NCBI GenBank assembly: GCA_041740355.1
Contig: JBGSMD010000039.1
Location: 53,411-117,410 of the forward strand
Source: Bdellovibrionota bacterium
Lineage (GTDB): Bacteria > Bdellovibrionota_C > UBA2361 > CALJRW01
Reading direction: 5' to 3'
Length of the DNA stretch: 64,000 nucleotides
In this document: one piece after another, positions 31,133 through 41,308 of the stretch
Position numbering within the stretch: the stretch's first letter is position 1
Layout of the letters: every line of letters begins with the position of its first letter
Position numbers and translations under genes: made by a program
Notes under the pieces: generated by a model
Seen by the model: only the letters and a program-made list of their open reading frames with translations
Database searches by the model: none
Told to the model about the DNA's origin: nothing

Positions 31133-31332
31133 TGAAATTAGAGACAAAAAATAGAATCTTGGAATTGTTGTCTTCTAACTCAGCACAAAGACCAGAGGTT
31201 CTGGCAACTCAACTGAAGATTTTACCACAAGCATTACCTCGCCATCTAAAGATCCTTACTGAGAATAAGTAGCTCATTAGATTGGGACTGCACCTCAAGT
31301 CTTGTATGAATTACCACCCAAACTCCGCTTTA
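31132..31332 (+). pseudogene. Decayed winged-HTH regulator (ArsR-like)
   Basis: MKLETKNRILELLSS...ALPRHLKILTENK*LIR, then a frameshift to GTAPQVLYEL. Confidence 0.55.
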
Positions 31333-32313
31333 AAATTCTAAGACAGCCATAACCTCCTGCAAGCTTGTGGTCCGTTTAATTCTATCAAAAAACTCTCTTC
31401 CAACTAAATCATTCTTAGAAAACCAAATCGAAAACTCCTTATAAACTCCAATAAATTTCTTTTTAGAAACTTGCTCCTTGGCTAGGTATGCCTGTAAGAG
31501 TCTTTTAGCAAAATCAAGGAGCATCTCTTTGGTAACAACAAACTCCTCCTGCTTTTGAAAATAAGATTTCAATTCATTAAATAAAAATGGATTGGTAATA
31601 GCAGGACGCCCACACATAATCCCCGAAACGCCAGTTTCTAAAACACGCTTAGCGATTTCCACACTACTAATATCGCCATTGCCAATTACTGGGTACGGCA
31701 AAATCCTAACGGCATCATTAAAAAAATCATAATTAACTTTCTCTTCGTATTTCCCAGCCTGACTACGAGCATGAACTGTCAGGAAATCTAAGGGGCAATC
31801 TTTTAGAACTTCCAAGATTTCAGTAAAGTTTTCACTACTTTGAAAACCCAGTCTGGTTTTAATTGATAAAGTCCCAGAATGAACTCCGCGCATCGCCTGA
31901 ATAATTGCAACTAGTTTTTTAGGATCTAATAGCAAGGCTGAGCCTGCGCCACTACAGGTAACTCTTTTGGAGGGGCAACCCACATTTAAATCTATCCAGT
32001 CAGAATCTTGCAGTGTACTTCTTATTTTTAAAAATTTCATGCAATTGCTAATTACTTGCGGTGTCGTTCCCATGACCTGCACTTGAAGTGGGACTTGATA
32101 GCGATTAAATTCAGGAATCTTTTGGCGTTCGCCTGTAATTCTAATAAATTCAGTGGCAACAACATCCACTCCTCCCAGATCCACAATTTCTTTTCGAAAA
32201 ATAGAATTAGTAATGCCCTCCATTGGAGCAAGGAATAAGACTGGTTTGTTTTCTTTTTTAAAAATCTCTGGGGACATCTGGAAAAGATAGCAAGAGATTC
32301 TGTTTTTTACCAA
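31330..32313 (-). CDS. tRNA-dihydrouridine synthase
   Basis: LAPMEG, DLNVGCP, GSALL, KTRLG, HAR, GNGDI, MCGR. Confidence 0.93.
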   Translation of the reverse strand: MVKNRISCYLFQMSPEIFKKENKPVLFLAPMEGITNSIFRKEIVDLGGVDVVATEFIRITGERQKIPEFNRYQVPLQVQVMGTTPQVISNCMKFLKIRSTLQDSDWIDLNVGCPSKRVTCSGAGSALLLDPKKLVAIIQAMRGVHSGTLSIKTRLGFQSSENFTEILEVLKDCPLDFLTVHARSQAGKYEEKVNYDFFNDAVRILPYPVIGNGDISSVEIAKRVLETGVSGIMCGRPAITNPFLFNELKSYFQKQEEFVVTKEMLLDFAKRLLQAYLAKEQVSKKKFIGVYKEFSIWFSKNDLVGREFFDRIKRTTSLQEVMAVLEF

Positions 32314-32379
32314 TTAGCAATTGATTTTTCAGAAGAGAATCAATTAGGAAAAGGATTTAGGAGAAAATTGGAGTGGAAG

Positions 32380-32406
32380 AATCCCCCCTATTAACTAGGG
32401 AGGATT
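32380..32406 (-). terminator. Hairpin, probable terminator of the Cys-rich lipoprotein gene
   Basis: AATCCCCCCTA-ttaac-TAGGGAGGATT; weak U tract. Confidence 0.45.
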
Positions 32407-32420
32407 AGATTAAGACGAAC

Positions 32421-32699
32421 TTAATTACAAGATTTTTGTCCAGCGGAAGCCCCACATTTAGCAGCACCACAAGATTTTGCATCTTTAGCTTCACCAGATT
32501 TTCCTGCGCCACAAGAAGATTTATCCATTTCACTTTTCATCTCTTTTGCTTTATCACAGGAAGCTGTGCAACCAGATTCACACATACCTTTGGCTTTCAT
32601 GTATGGACATGTCCCTCGATATGGACAATTACCTCGAGTGGTACATGACACCAAAAATACGAGAGAAAGAACTAATAGAATTTGAATAATTTTTTTCAT
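32421..32699 (-). CDS. Small Cys-rich lipoprotein
   Basis: MKKIIQ...LVSC lipobox; 10 Cys; SCG/KCG repeats. Confidence 0.7.
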   Translation of the reverse strand: MKKIIQILLVLSLVFLVSCTTRGNCPYRGTCPYMKAKGMCESGCTASCDKAKEMKSEMDKSSCGAGKSGEAKDAKSCGAAKCGASAGQKSCN

Positions 32700-32879
32700 G
32701 GAATTAACTTTAATAATTAAAATATACCCACCGGCAATCATTTATTTTCTAAAATAATACGCGGGAGGTTAAATAATTAGTACGAAAGATTTAGTAGCTT
32801 ACATTTCGTTACTAACCATCTACAATAATGCAACATTTTAATACTTATATCTTTGAGCCACAAGGGTATCAAATGAGTA

Positions 32880-33545
32880 TTATTCTATTGGAAAAATATA
32901 AACTAAACCAAACATTAAACTGGCACTGTCATAAGCCACGTTATAGGTACTTGTTGAGTTAGAAACATCGGGACTAGATGCCGAGAAAATCCTAGCTTCT
33001 GTGAAAAAACGAAATTCACGGTTAATTGGCACTTCTAATCCCAGTAATCCTTGAAGCGCAAAAGCCTGGCCATCACTGGAATGTGTAGAACCAAAATTAG
33101 CAATTTCGATTTCTTGTTCCAAATCTGTCTGCATTCCAAGTCCAAATCCTACATAGGGATTTACATATTCAAAGGCCGTAATGTAATAAATGGCATTCAC
33201 CATGATTGCACTTGATTTCATGTCACCAGAGCTAAGTAAATCACCATTTATGACGGAGACAGTATCGATTCCATGAGTTCTGTGCGCATATTCTAATTCT
33301 AGAGCAAAACTTTCATTAAAACGGTAACCACCTGCTAGTACTGCAATATTTCCGATATCAAAATCAGCAGTGGCATCAATATAATCATTATTATTATTCC
33401 CACTTTTAAAATCATACCCATCTAGGTAATCGACCCCTAAGGCGATTTTTGCGTATGGTCCAGTTACTTCTTGCGCCTGTGAGCTAAGAGCGGAAAGTAA
33501 AATAAAGGCAAAAGTAGCAAAAGATTGAAGCAGAGGGTTTTTCAT
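32880..33545 (-). CDS. Outer-membrane beta-barrel (OmpA/opacity-like)
   Basis: Signal peptide, GGYRF, LELEY, MVNAIY, PYVGFGLG, FALQGLLG, GLVYIF. Confidence 0.85.
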   Translation of the reverse strand: MKNPLLQSFATFAFILLSALSSQAQEVTGPYAKIALGVDYLDGYDFKSGNNNNDYIDATADFDIGNIAVLAGGYRFNESFALELEYAHRTHGIDTVSVINGDLLSSGDMKSSAIMVNAIYYITAFEYVNPYVGFGLGMQTDLEQEIEIANFGSTHSSDGQAFALQGLLGLEVPINREFRFFTEARIFSASSPDVSNSTSTYNVAYDSASLMFGLVYIFPIE

Positions 33546-33699
33546 ATTGGGAACAAAATAAAAGTACTATTTCAGTTGTAGCTTTGATTAAATATTTCAG
33601 CAAGTTACAGACTGAGGCAGATATCTCCTTAGCGAATTGGATATCCCAGCAATCTTAATGACTTTTAGAAAGTAAATTTATAGTTACTGTCATTAATTA

Positions 33700-33751
33700 C
33701 AGTAAGTCCAGAAAGTAATTTCCAATAGGAATTACTTTCTGGGGCTTACTA
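33700..33751. repeat. Head-to-head pair of MITE-like terminal repeats
   Basis: AGTAAGTCCAGAAAGTAATTTCC...GGAATTACTTTCTGGGGCTTACTA resembles the MITE left end TAGTGAGTCCAAAAAATAAATTAC. Confidence 0.5.
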
Positions 33752-33777
33752 ACCCCCGCAAGCGTTATAAAATCATA

Positions 33778-33841
33778 TAGTTATGACAAAAATCACAAAA
33801 CTAACTTTTGAATATTCGGAAATTAGTTTTTGTCATAACTA
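33778..33841. mobile_element. 64-bp mini-MITE with TA duplication
   Basis: TA-[TAGTTATGACAAAAA...TTTTTGTCATAACTA]-TA; ends resemble the right end of the 160-bp MITE. Confidence 0.7.
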
Positions 33842-33929
33842 TAATACTTCTAAATTTGTCAAAATTATCTTGCATTCGCTTATTGTTTTACTTGATTAGA
33901 TAGAGTAAAATGATTGGTATAGTAAATTT

Positions 33930-34175
33930 TTGCTTGATATACCGATGACACTTCCATTAACTGACCTTCCTCGAAATGCTACTGCGATAATCAGTCAAAT
34001 CGAGGCAATTCCTGAAATTGATCGCTTGAAGTCCGTTGGCTTTGTCGCTGGAACTAAAATTCAGGTGATGAAAACGGGCCGAACATTACTAGTAAAGCTT
34101 CCAGGGACAACTTTCGGACTTAGCGCCAATTTGGCTAAGTCAATCATGGTATCCGCTGAATTTTGTAATAATTAA
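33930..34175 (+). CDS. feoA: Ferrous iron transport protein A
   Basis: LTDL...RLKSVGFVAGTKI SH3-like pattern; upstream of feoB. Confidence 0.85.
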   Translation: MLDIPMTLPLTDLPRNATAIISQIEAIPEIDRLKSVGFVAGTKIQVMKTGRTLLVKLPGTTFGLSANLAKSIMVSAEFCNN

Positions 34176-34363
34176 ATTCAGATTCTCCAGATCTTTAACT
34201 TATCAATAATTGCTGATTAGCTTAGGAAAGTGTTTCACATCTTATTAAAACTTTCGCGAACAAGAAACAGATTGTTTTCATGTTGGGGTTTTAGTGTGTT
34301 TGTTTTTCCCCGTAATTAAACTTATATATTAGGCGATTAAATTTTTAAATTTAGTAATTTCAA

Positions 34364-36196
34364 ATGTCGCCCAGTATAGAAAATCAAAAATTTCAGCAGA
34401 TAATTCTGGTTGGAAATCCAAATACTGGGAAATCATTATTCTTTAGTAAGTTAACTAAACAAAAAGCAGCTTCCGCTAATTATTCTGGCACAACCCAAAC
34501 CTTAAAATCTTGTTCACTCAAAATCAATGAAAAGAATTATCAGATTATTGATTTGCCAGGAATTTACGACCTAGATACAACGCTACCTGAAGAAATTATT
34601 ACTGTTAATTACCTAAATTCTTTTTGTAAATCATCAGGTGCACTGATTTTATTTTTTCTAGATGCCACGCGTTTAGAGCAAGGTATCTACTTACTTAGTC
34701 AAATCCTGGAAGATAACAAATCGTTGGTTGTTCTGCTAACTCAATATGACATCGCTACTAAAAAGAATTTAGAAATTGATTACCAAAAGCTTGCTGAAAA
34801 ACTTGCTGTTAAAATCATCCCAACTTCCAACTTACATGATTCTAGTCTGAAAATTTTAAATCAGGCTTTAGCGGATTTCACTCCCAAAACGACTCCCGAA
34901 GCAAGTGATTCCTGTACTAGATGTACATCTTGTAATTTCCAAGAACGTCACCAAATCGCACGGCAAATAAAAAATGAAATTAGTAGCCGAGAAGTTTCCA
35001 GTATATGGTCTGATCGCTTAGACCAAATTTTACTAGATCCACTCTACGGCACTCTTTCCTTTCTACTAATAACATTTACTTTTTTTTGGTTAATATTTTT
35101 CATGGCAAGCTGGCCAATGGATTTAATTGATCAAGCCTTTGCCTTCCTAAGCAGCAAATTAACTTTAATATTACCGTCAGGATTATTAACTGATTTACTA
35201 CTAAATGGTATTATACCGGGACTGAATGGCGTAATTATTTTCCTTCCGCAAATATTTATTCTCTTCTTCTTAATTAATTTACTCGATAACTCAGGGTATC
35301 TGGCCCGAATGGTTTGTATTATGGACCGCTACCTGCGAAAATTTGGTCTATCCGGAACTGCATTTTTACCAATACTATCTGCTCATGCCTGCGCAATTCC
35401 AGCAATCTTAGGAACAAAAGTTATTAAAAATAAACATGAGAGATTTTTAACTATCTTTATTATTCCATTTTTTTCTTGTTCGGCAAGATTGCCAGTTTAT
35501 GTGATGCTGACCGCCTTGATGTTTCCAAAGTCACCACTACTGGCTGCGGCTGTCTTTGTTGCCTGCTACTTAAGTGGCGCAATAATTGCTTTTCTAACAG
35601 CATTAATTATTAAAAAAGTATTTATTTCTACTCCGACAACACATCTGCTACTTGAGCTTCCAGCCTATCGTATTCCACCTTTAAAACTTGCTTGGCAAGA
35701 GGCTGGCTGGCAATCATTTGGTTTCATCAAAAAAGCAGGCACATTTATCTTGGGCTTTTCGGTTGTGATTTGGGCACTATCCACATTTCCTAATCCTGAA
35801 ATTGAAAAATCATACTTAGCTATTATTGGAAATTTTGTTCAGCCAATTTTTGAACCTCTGGGCTTTGACTGGCGGATCACTGTTGGCATTCTGACTTCTT
35901 TTGCCGCACGTGAAGTGATTGTTTCCACTTTGGCAATCATTTTTGCAGGTGGTTCGGATTCTGTCGAATTAACTACCAGACTGCAACAAGCAACTTTACC
36001 TAATGGTGATTTATTGTTTAATTTAGGAACAATCGCCAGTTTGCTTGTATTTTTTATCTTTGCCTTGCAGTGTTTTCCAACTTCAGTAGCGGCATGGAAA
36101 GAAACGGGTTCTAAAACATTTGCAATTACTCAACTACTGTATGCTTCCGCCATAGCCTATTTATTAGCTTGGGTTGTAGGAAGAATTCTTTCGTAA
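34364..36196 (+). CDS. feoB: Ferrous iron transport protein B
   Basis: GNPNTGKS, DLPGIY, SGYLAR, CAIPA, CSARLPVY, ELPAYR, AAREV. Confidence 0.95.
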   Translation: MSPSIENQKFQQIILVGNPNTGKSLFFSKLTKQKAASANYSGTTQTLKSCSLKINEKNYQIIDLPGIYDLDTTLPEEIITVNYLNSFCKSSGALILFFLDATRLEQGIYLLSQILEDNKSLVVLLTQYDIATKKNLEIDYQKLAEKLAVKIIPTSNLHDSSLKILNQALADFTPKTTPEASDSCTRCTSCNFQERHQIARQIKNEISSREVSSIWSDRLDQILLDPLYGTLSFLLITFTFFWLIFFMASWPMDLIDQAFAFLSSKLTLILPSGLLTDLLLNGIIPGLNGVIIFLPQIFILFFLINLLDNSGYLARMVCIMDRYLRKFGLSGTAFLPILSAHACAIPAILGTKVIKNKHERFLTIFIIPFFSCSARLPVYVMLTALMFPKSPLLAAAVFVACYLSGAIIAFLTALIIKKVFISTPTTHLLLELPAYRIPPLKLAWQEAGWQSFGFIKKAGTFILGFSVVIWALSTFPNPEIEKSYLAIIGNFVQPIFEPLGFDWRITVGILTSFAAREVIVSTLAIIFAGGSDSVELTTRLQQATLPNGDLLFNLGTIASLLVFFIFALQCFPTSVAAWKETGSKTFAITQLLYASAIAYLLAWVVGRILS

Positions 36197-36416
36197 AGTA
36201 GAGGCGGGACAAACTCTGCGATCCTCACATTTTATATCATCTCAACTAAGCGTTTAAAATTCAGCAGAGGTCGCATTTAAAAATTGTTAAACGCAGTTAC
36301 CTTTTGTGTCGCAAGAGATTATCTTAACAAACAGTCAATTAGACTGGAGATGGAAAACAGGAGAATTTAGTACCACAAGTATTAAGAATATTTTTCATTG
36401 ATAGATAAGCTAAATA

Positions 36417-36577
36417 TAGTGAGTCAATAAATAAATTACTTTAAATGATTAACGATTTTGCTTGAGCTCACTATTAATGTTGTTTTTAGCTATGCAAACT
36501 TGGATAAAACCAAGATTTGCATTAGCCGTAATGACTCTATTCAATTTACTAACGTAAATTATTTTTTGTCATTACTA
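36417..36577 (+). mobile_element. 161-bp MITE with TA duplication (copy 2)
   Basis: TA at 36415-16 and 36578-79; highly similar to 6338-6497. Confidence 0.9.
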
Positions 36578-36586
36578 TATATGCTT

Positions 36587-38923
36587 TTAAATAATACCGC
36601 TTAATAGCACCCGACCAAACTTAGCATAAACTTCATCTTGATTTAGATTACGCCCATCAATGATGTCGGCTTCATAATAGTCGGGGTGGAAACGCATCAT
36701 GTGTTCAAGTACGGCACGGTCATGATCGGATTTAGAAATAATTGCCCAAATATTCTTGCCAATTTCAGAGTGATTTTTAATTCCCCACTCCATCATTTTA
36801 TTAATATAATTTGCCACTGTCTTTAATTCTTCAGGAGCTGGTGGACGATCAAACCCATAAGACCCCCCACTGTTTCTCATCCGATCTACTACAGAAATTA
36901 AATTATCTACTAGCTGTTTACTACAGCTTTCCGATAGGATTTTTCTTTCCAATTCAGAATTCAGATAAGTCATTTTAATTGGGTGAACACGACGTAATAA
37001 TGCATCGTTTAAATCACGTTCATAGTTTTTAGTTAGAACGATTAATAAATTATCTAACTTTGCGTCAATCGGCGGTCGGCTTTCCAAGAAAATTGTAGCA
37101 TCCTGGAGTGGCCCTAAAAAGAAAGTATCAATGGCAACATCAACTTTATCAATCTCATCGACAAGTAATACAACTGGCTGATTCTGGGATTTTAAAAATG
37201 CTCGGGCAATAATCCCCAAGTTCATTAAATCTGATTTAGAATTCACATCTTTTCCAGCCATTGCTTGAGCCATAGCAACTTCTGATGGTGCTTCAATTAA
37301 ATGTTGCAAATTCATTCCGCTGTAACAGCTTAAGCACATGAAATCGGCACCACAAATCTTAGACATTGCTTTTGCCAAATATGACTTACCACAACCCGGA
37401 GGTCCTTCTAAGAGTAAAGTTCTAACTTTCTCGGTTGGAGTGTTAAGTAGTAAACAAACTTGAGTGGCTAAGAATGGTAAACATTCGTATTTAACTTCTT
37501 CTAACTTTCCAATTAACTCTTCCGGAGTTCCCACGTTAACAAGTCCGACTTGTTTGGCTTTATAAGTATTTTTACGTTTAGAATCTTCCGGGTCAGGAAC
37601 AATCCCTTTTAAGACTTCACGACCTAACTTGGCATGAACCTGATCAATGTGTAATTGGCGGCCATTTGGATAAAGCGTATCATGAAAATTTGGATGATAA
37701 CGCATCATTAATTCAAGAATCTGCCGGTCATTTTCCGACTTAGCAATCATCTGCCAAATGTTTCTACCAACGAAACTAAAATCAACGATATCCCAATTTA
37801 ATAACTGAGTTACATACTTACCGATCTTTAATAATTCTTCCGGAGCTGGTGGACGATCAAATTGATATGCTCCATCACTGTAACGCATGACGTCAGCAAT
37901 CTTTACTAAGTTATTAATTAATTCTGGAATACAATAATTAGAAAGAATTGCTCTTTCTTGCTCCATATCCAAAAACTTGAGTGTAATTGGTTGAACACGA
38001 CGAAGTAAGGCATCATTCAGCGAGCGATCAAAGTTCTTAGTAAAACAAATTAATAAATTTTCATTACGAGCTTCTATTACTTCACCTGATTCTAAGAAAA
38101 TCTTAGCATCTTGGAGAGGCCCTAAGAAGAAAGTATCAATTCCAATACTTACCTTATCTAACTCATCCACTAGTAAAATTACTGGCTTTTCCTGGGAAAC
38201 TTTAAAAGCACGTGAGATAATACCAAGGGTCATCATTTCAATGTCTTCGCCATCTTTGGCGTTCATCGACTTCACGGCATTAGCTAAAGCCATACTTGAT
38301 GGTGCTTCGATTAATTGCTGTAAATCCATACCTGGATAACAACTTAAGCACATAAATTCGGCACCAGTAATCCGAGCTAATGATTTGGCGAGGTAAGACT
38401 TACCGCAACCAGGAGGACCTTCTAATAAGATCGATCTAATCATGCTAGATTTTGTATTCATTGCCAAAGCAACCTGCGCTGCTAGGTATGGAGCACAATG
38501 ATATCCAACACTGTCTAATTTGAAAACTAAATCTTCCGGACTACCAACATCACTTAAACTGGCCTGAACGTTAATTTCTTTAATGGCGTATTCTGGCTCG
38601 ATGTCTGAGAATTGATTCTTAGATTCTTTTAGTAATTCTTTATAATCTAAAAACTCTTGAGATTCTTCTTCTTCAATTTTTAGCATTTCAGCTAAATGAT
38701 CAGTTTCAACCTGATGCTGATAATCTTCGGAAAGCAATAAATCTAATTCTGAAGCATAAGATTTGGAATGAGAATTATTATTTGCTTCGTTGGAATTGGA
38801 AGATGAACTTGTACCTTCATCTTTGGCTGAAGGAATAAGTGGCACAACCGGCTTCATCCTGGTTGGACCGGTGTCCTCATCTATGGAGATATCTAATCTA
38901 AAAAAATCCTTTTCTTCGCCCAT
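36587..38923 (-). CDS. Tandem double MoxR-like AAA+ ATPase
   Basis: Two repeats, each with LLEGPPGCGKS, LLVDE(L/I)DK, LNDALLRR and FDRPPAPEEL; acidic N-terminal extension. Confidence 0.8.
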   Translation of the reverse strand: MGEEKDFFRLDISIDEDTGPTRMKPVVPLIPSAKDEGTSSSSNSNEANNNSHSKSYASELDLLLSEDYQHQVETDHLAEMLKIEEEESQEFLDYKELLKESKNQFSDIEPEYAIKEINVQASLSDVGSPEDLVFKLDSVGYHCAPYLAAQVALAMNTKSSMIRSILLEGPPGCGKSYLAKSLARITGAEFMCLSCYPGMDLQQLIEAPSSMALANAVKSMNAKDGEDIEMMTLGIISRAFKVSQEKPVILLVDELDKVSIGIDTFFLGPLQDAKIFLESGEVIEARNENLLICFTKNFDRSLNDALLRRVQPITLKFLDMEQERAILSNYCIPELINNLVKIADVMRYSDGAYQFDRPPAPEELLKIGKYVTQLLNWDIVDFSFVGRNIWQMIAKSENDRQILELMMRYHPNFHDTLYPNGRQLHIDQVHAKLGREVLKGIVPDPEDSKRKNTYKAKQVGLVNVGTPEELIGKLEEVKYECLPFLATQVCLLLNTPTEKVRTLLLEGPPGCGKSYLAKAMSKICGADFMCLSCYSGMNLQHLIEAPSEVAMAQAMAGKDVNSKSDLMNLGIIARAFLKSQNQPVVLLVDEIDKVDVAIDTFFLGPLQDATIFLESRPPIDAKLDNLLIVLTKNYERDLNDALLRRVHPIKMTYLNSELERKILSESCSKQLVDNLISVVDRMRNSGGSYGFDRPPAPEELKTVANYINKMMEWGIKNHSEIGKNIWAIISKSDHDRAVLEHMMRFHPDYYEADIIDGRNLNQDEVYAKFGRVLLSGII

Positions 38924-39159
38924 TTTTACCTTATAAATCTATGAGGAATTGCTAAATTAACTATTTTTTTGAGTAGCTAATTTTAAGTTTTACGATAATA
39001 ACGCAGAACTTGCCCCTTGATTTTCGACAACCTAAGTATAAATCATTAGTATTTTCTATTTTGACTCTAAAAAAGTGAATTTTAGCGCGTAGTTATAAAA
39101 CGTTAGTATAAAAAAATAAGATTTGGCTAGGATTTCAACGAAACTTAACATTTAAGCCG

Positions 39160-39531
39160 TTAAAAGGGCGTTTTAGCCTCCAGAAGCGAATTTATCCAAG
39201 AATCATATTCATCTTGCTCCTTTTGCTGCAGCTTAAGATATCGTTCGGGAGATTTTTCTTTTAATCCCCACTTTTTAGAAGTGTAAGGATATTCAGCAAT
39301 ACAAAGTAAGTCCCTAAAATCATAATTAGCAATTTCGATTAACGATTTAATCTTTGCTATATTTCCATTAGAAGCCTTCAATATACCAAGGCGAACTCTA
39401 TCACCTTCCAAATGTTTATATTCAGCTAATAATTTTTGTATTTCAAGTTTTTGAGCATGCTCAGGAAATAATTTATCAATTATAATTGGTAGTAATAAAT
39501 TATAATCACGAACCGAAGAAAGATCGCTCAT
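39160..39531 (-). CDS. Hypothetical protein
   Basis: 123-aa ORF; RVRLGILKAS...DFRDLLCIAEY pattern suggests a conserved small family. Confidence 0.6.
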   Translation of the reverse strand: MSDLSSVRDYNLLLPIIIDKLFPEHAQKLEIQKLLAEYKHLEGDRVRLGILKASNGNIAKIKSLIEIANYDFRDLLCIAEYPYTSKKWGLKEKSPERYLKLQQKEQDEYDSWINSLLEAKTPF

Positions 39532-39561
39532 TAATTATTTATTCTCAAAACTTTATTACAG

Positions 39562-40641
39562 CTAATTGTAAGATTTATATTTAAGATAAAAATCTAGAAC
39601 CACAATCGCCGACATAGCATCAACTATCGGAACAGCTCTTGGCAATACGCAAGGGTCATGCCGCCCTGTAGCTTCCAATTTAACTTCTTGATTAGCTTGG
39701 TTTACGGTATCTTGAGATTTACTAATCGTAGCCACTGGCTTGAACGCAACTCTAAATTCGACTGGAGCCCCGGTTGTAATTCCACCAAGTGTTCCACCAG
39801 CTTGATTTTTCTCAATTACTACCTGTGCATCCTTAATTCGAAAAGGGTCATTATGATCGGAGCCTTTATAGTTTACACAATCAAATCCACTACCGAAGTC
39901 AAAACCTTTAACCGCGTTAATACTAAGCATTGCTTTCCCCAGCTCGGCTGAAAAGCGATCAAAGACAGGTTCTCCCAATCCAATAGGCAAGTTTTTAATC
40001 ACTCCTCTTATAATCCCACCAACAGAATCTCCTTCATCCCGAATTCCCTCCACAAAAGAAATCATCTCTTCTGCGACTTTGGCATCGGGACATCTAACAA
40101 TATTCGCTTCGATTGCTTCCATCGTTACTTCCGACGGTATGATCGAAGTTTTAAGATGATGAATCTGTTCGACATAACTTAAGATTTCAATTTGTAATTT
40201 TTCTTTTAAAAACTTCTTGGCAATTGCACCTGCGGCCACTCGAGCTAGTGTTTCCCGAGCTGAGGCTCTTCCACTTCCACGGTAATCGCGAACTCCGTAC
40301 TTTTTTTCATATGTAAAATCAGCATGTGAAGGACGATAAAGCTTAGAAAGTTCCGAATAATCTTGCGGACGCATGTCTTTATTAAAAGCCATGATCATAA
40401 TTGGAGTTCCCGTAGTTTTGCCTTCAAAGACTCCAGAGTAGATTTTAATCTCATCTTCTTCTTTCCTTGGTGTTGTAATTTTACTTTGTCCTGGCTTACG
40501 ACGATCAAGCTCTGGCTGAATATCAGCTTCTGTTAACAAAAGACCTGCCGGGCAACCATCAATTACTACGCCAACAGCTCCACCATGAGATTCGCCAAAT
40601 GTTGTAATCTTAAATAAATCACCGAATGAACTACCTGGCAT
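39562..40641 (-). CDS. aroC: Chorismate synthase
   Basis: GESHG, RPSHAD, RASARET, GRHDPCV. Confidence 0.97.
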   Translation of the reverse strand: MPGSSFGDLFKITTFGESHGGAVGVVIDGCPAGLLLTEADIQPELDRRKPGQSKITTPRKEEDEIKIYSGVFEGKTTGTPIMIMAFNKDMRPQDYSELSKLYRPSHADFTYEKKYGVRDYRGSGRASARETLARVAAGAIAKKFLKEKLQIEILSYVEQIHHLKTSIIPSEVTMEAIEANIVRCPDAKVAEEMISFVEGIRDEGDSVGGIIRGVIKNLPIGLGEPVFDRFSAELGKAMLSINAVKGFDFGSGFDCVNYKGSDHNDPFRIKDAQVVIEKNQAGGTLGGITTGAPVEFRVAFKPVATISKSQDTVNQANQEVKLEATGRHDPCVLPRAVPIVDAMSAIVVLDFYLKYKSYN

Positions 40642-41308
40642 TTAACATCTCCTGAAATAAATTGTATTGTTGTAAACTTAACTGTCCATTAATCACTGCT
40701 TTGTTTAAGGTTCGTGGCGCATAAATAATTGCTTGCTGATCTAGAAAGCAAGCAAACCTAGAAAGTAATCCTTCTTTACCAGCACCAAGAATAATTAATT
40801 GATTAGCACTTGTTGAGTATAAATCTTTTATTTTTAGTAAGTTTAGTAAATCATTACGGCAATTACAGAAACAAGCTATTTTATAAAACTCTGCTGTAAC
40901 CTTTAACATCGCAACAAGAATCTCTTCTAATCCAGAATAATCAGGGGTTATTTGATAATTATGATAAGAAAGAATTAGTTTAGATTTGGCATTAAGATTA
41001 TTCCAAAATTCTAATTCTTCTTTTTGAACTAAAAAATCTAAATCTACATAAACTCCAGCTTGGCTTACCAGTTCCAAAACAGCTTGCCTTTCTAGTGATG
41101 TTAAATTAAGCAGTTCCTGATCATTTCGACGAGTCAGTATCAGTAGTTGACTGGAATACTTTTCCGCAACTTCCTTAACAAATGCTAAATCCCAATCCGT
41201 AATATAATCTAACCAAAGCTCAACTAAGTCATATCCTTCTAAGGCATTGTCAGCGAGCTTAAGAAATTCAGCTTTAGTTGTAACTATTTCCCCTAAACAA
41301 AACTTCAT
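40631..41308 (-). CDS. aroD: Type I 3-dehydroquinate dehydratase
   Basis: VELWLD, SYHN, YKIA, SR, GQL; ATGA overlap with aroE. Confidence 0.82.
   Translation of the reverse strand: MKFCLGEIVTTKAEFLKLADNALEGYDLVELWLDYITDWDLAFVKEVAEKYSSQLLILTRRNDQELLNLTSLERQAVLELVSQAGVYVDLDFLVQKEELEFWNNLNAKSKLILSYHNYQITPDYSGLEEILVAMLKVTAEFYKIACFCNCRNDLLNLLKIKDLYSTSANQLIILGAGKEGLLSRFACFLDQQAIIYAPRTLNKAVINGQLSLQQYNLFQEMLNAR

Noticed and set aside
36833-37862. Direct repeat GGAGCTGGTGGACGATCAAA about 1 kb apart
   Set aside because: Explained by the internal duplication of the AAA module (FDRPPAP)
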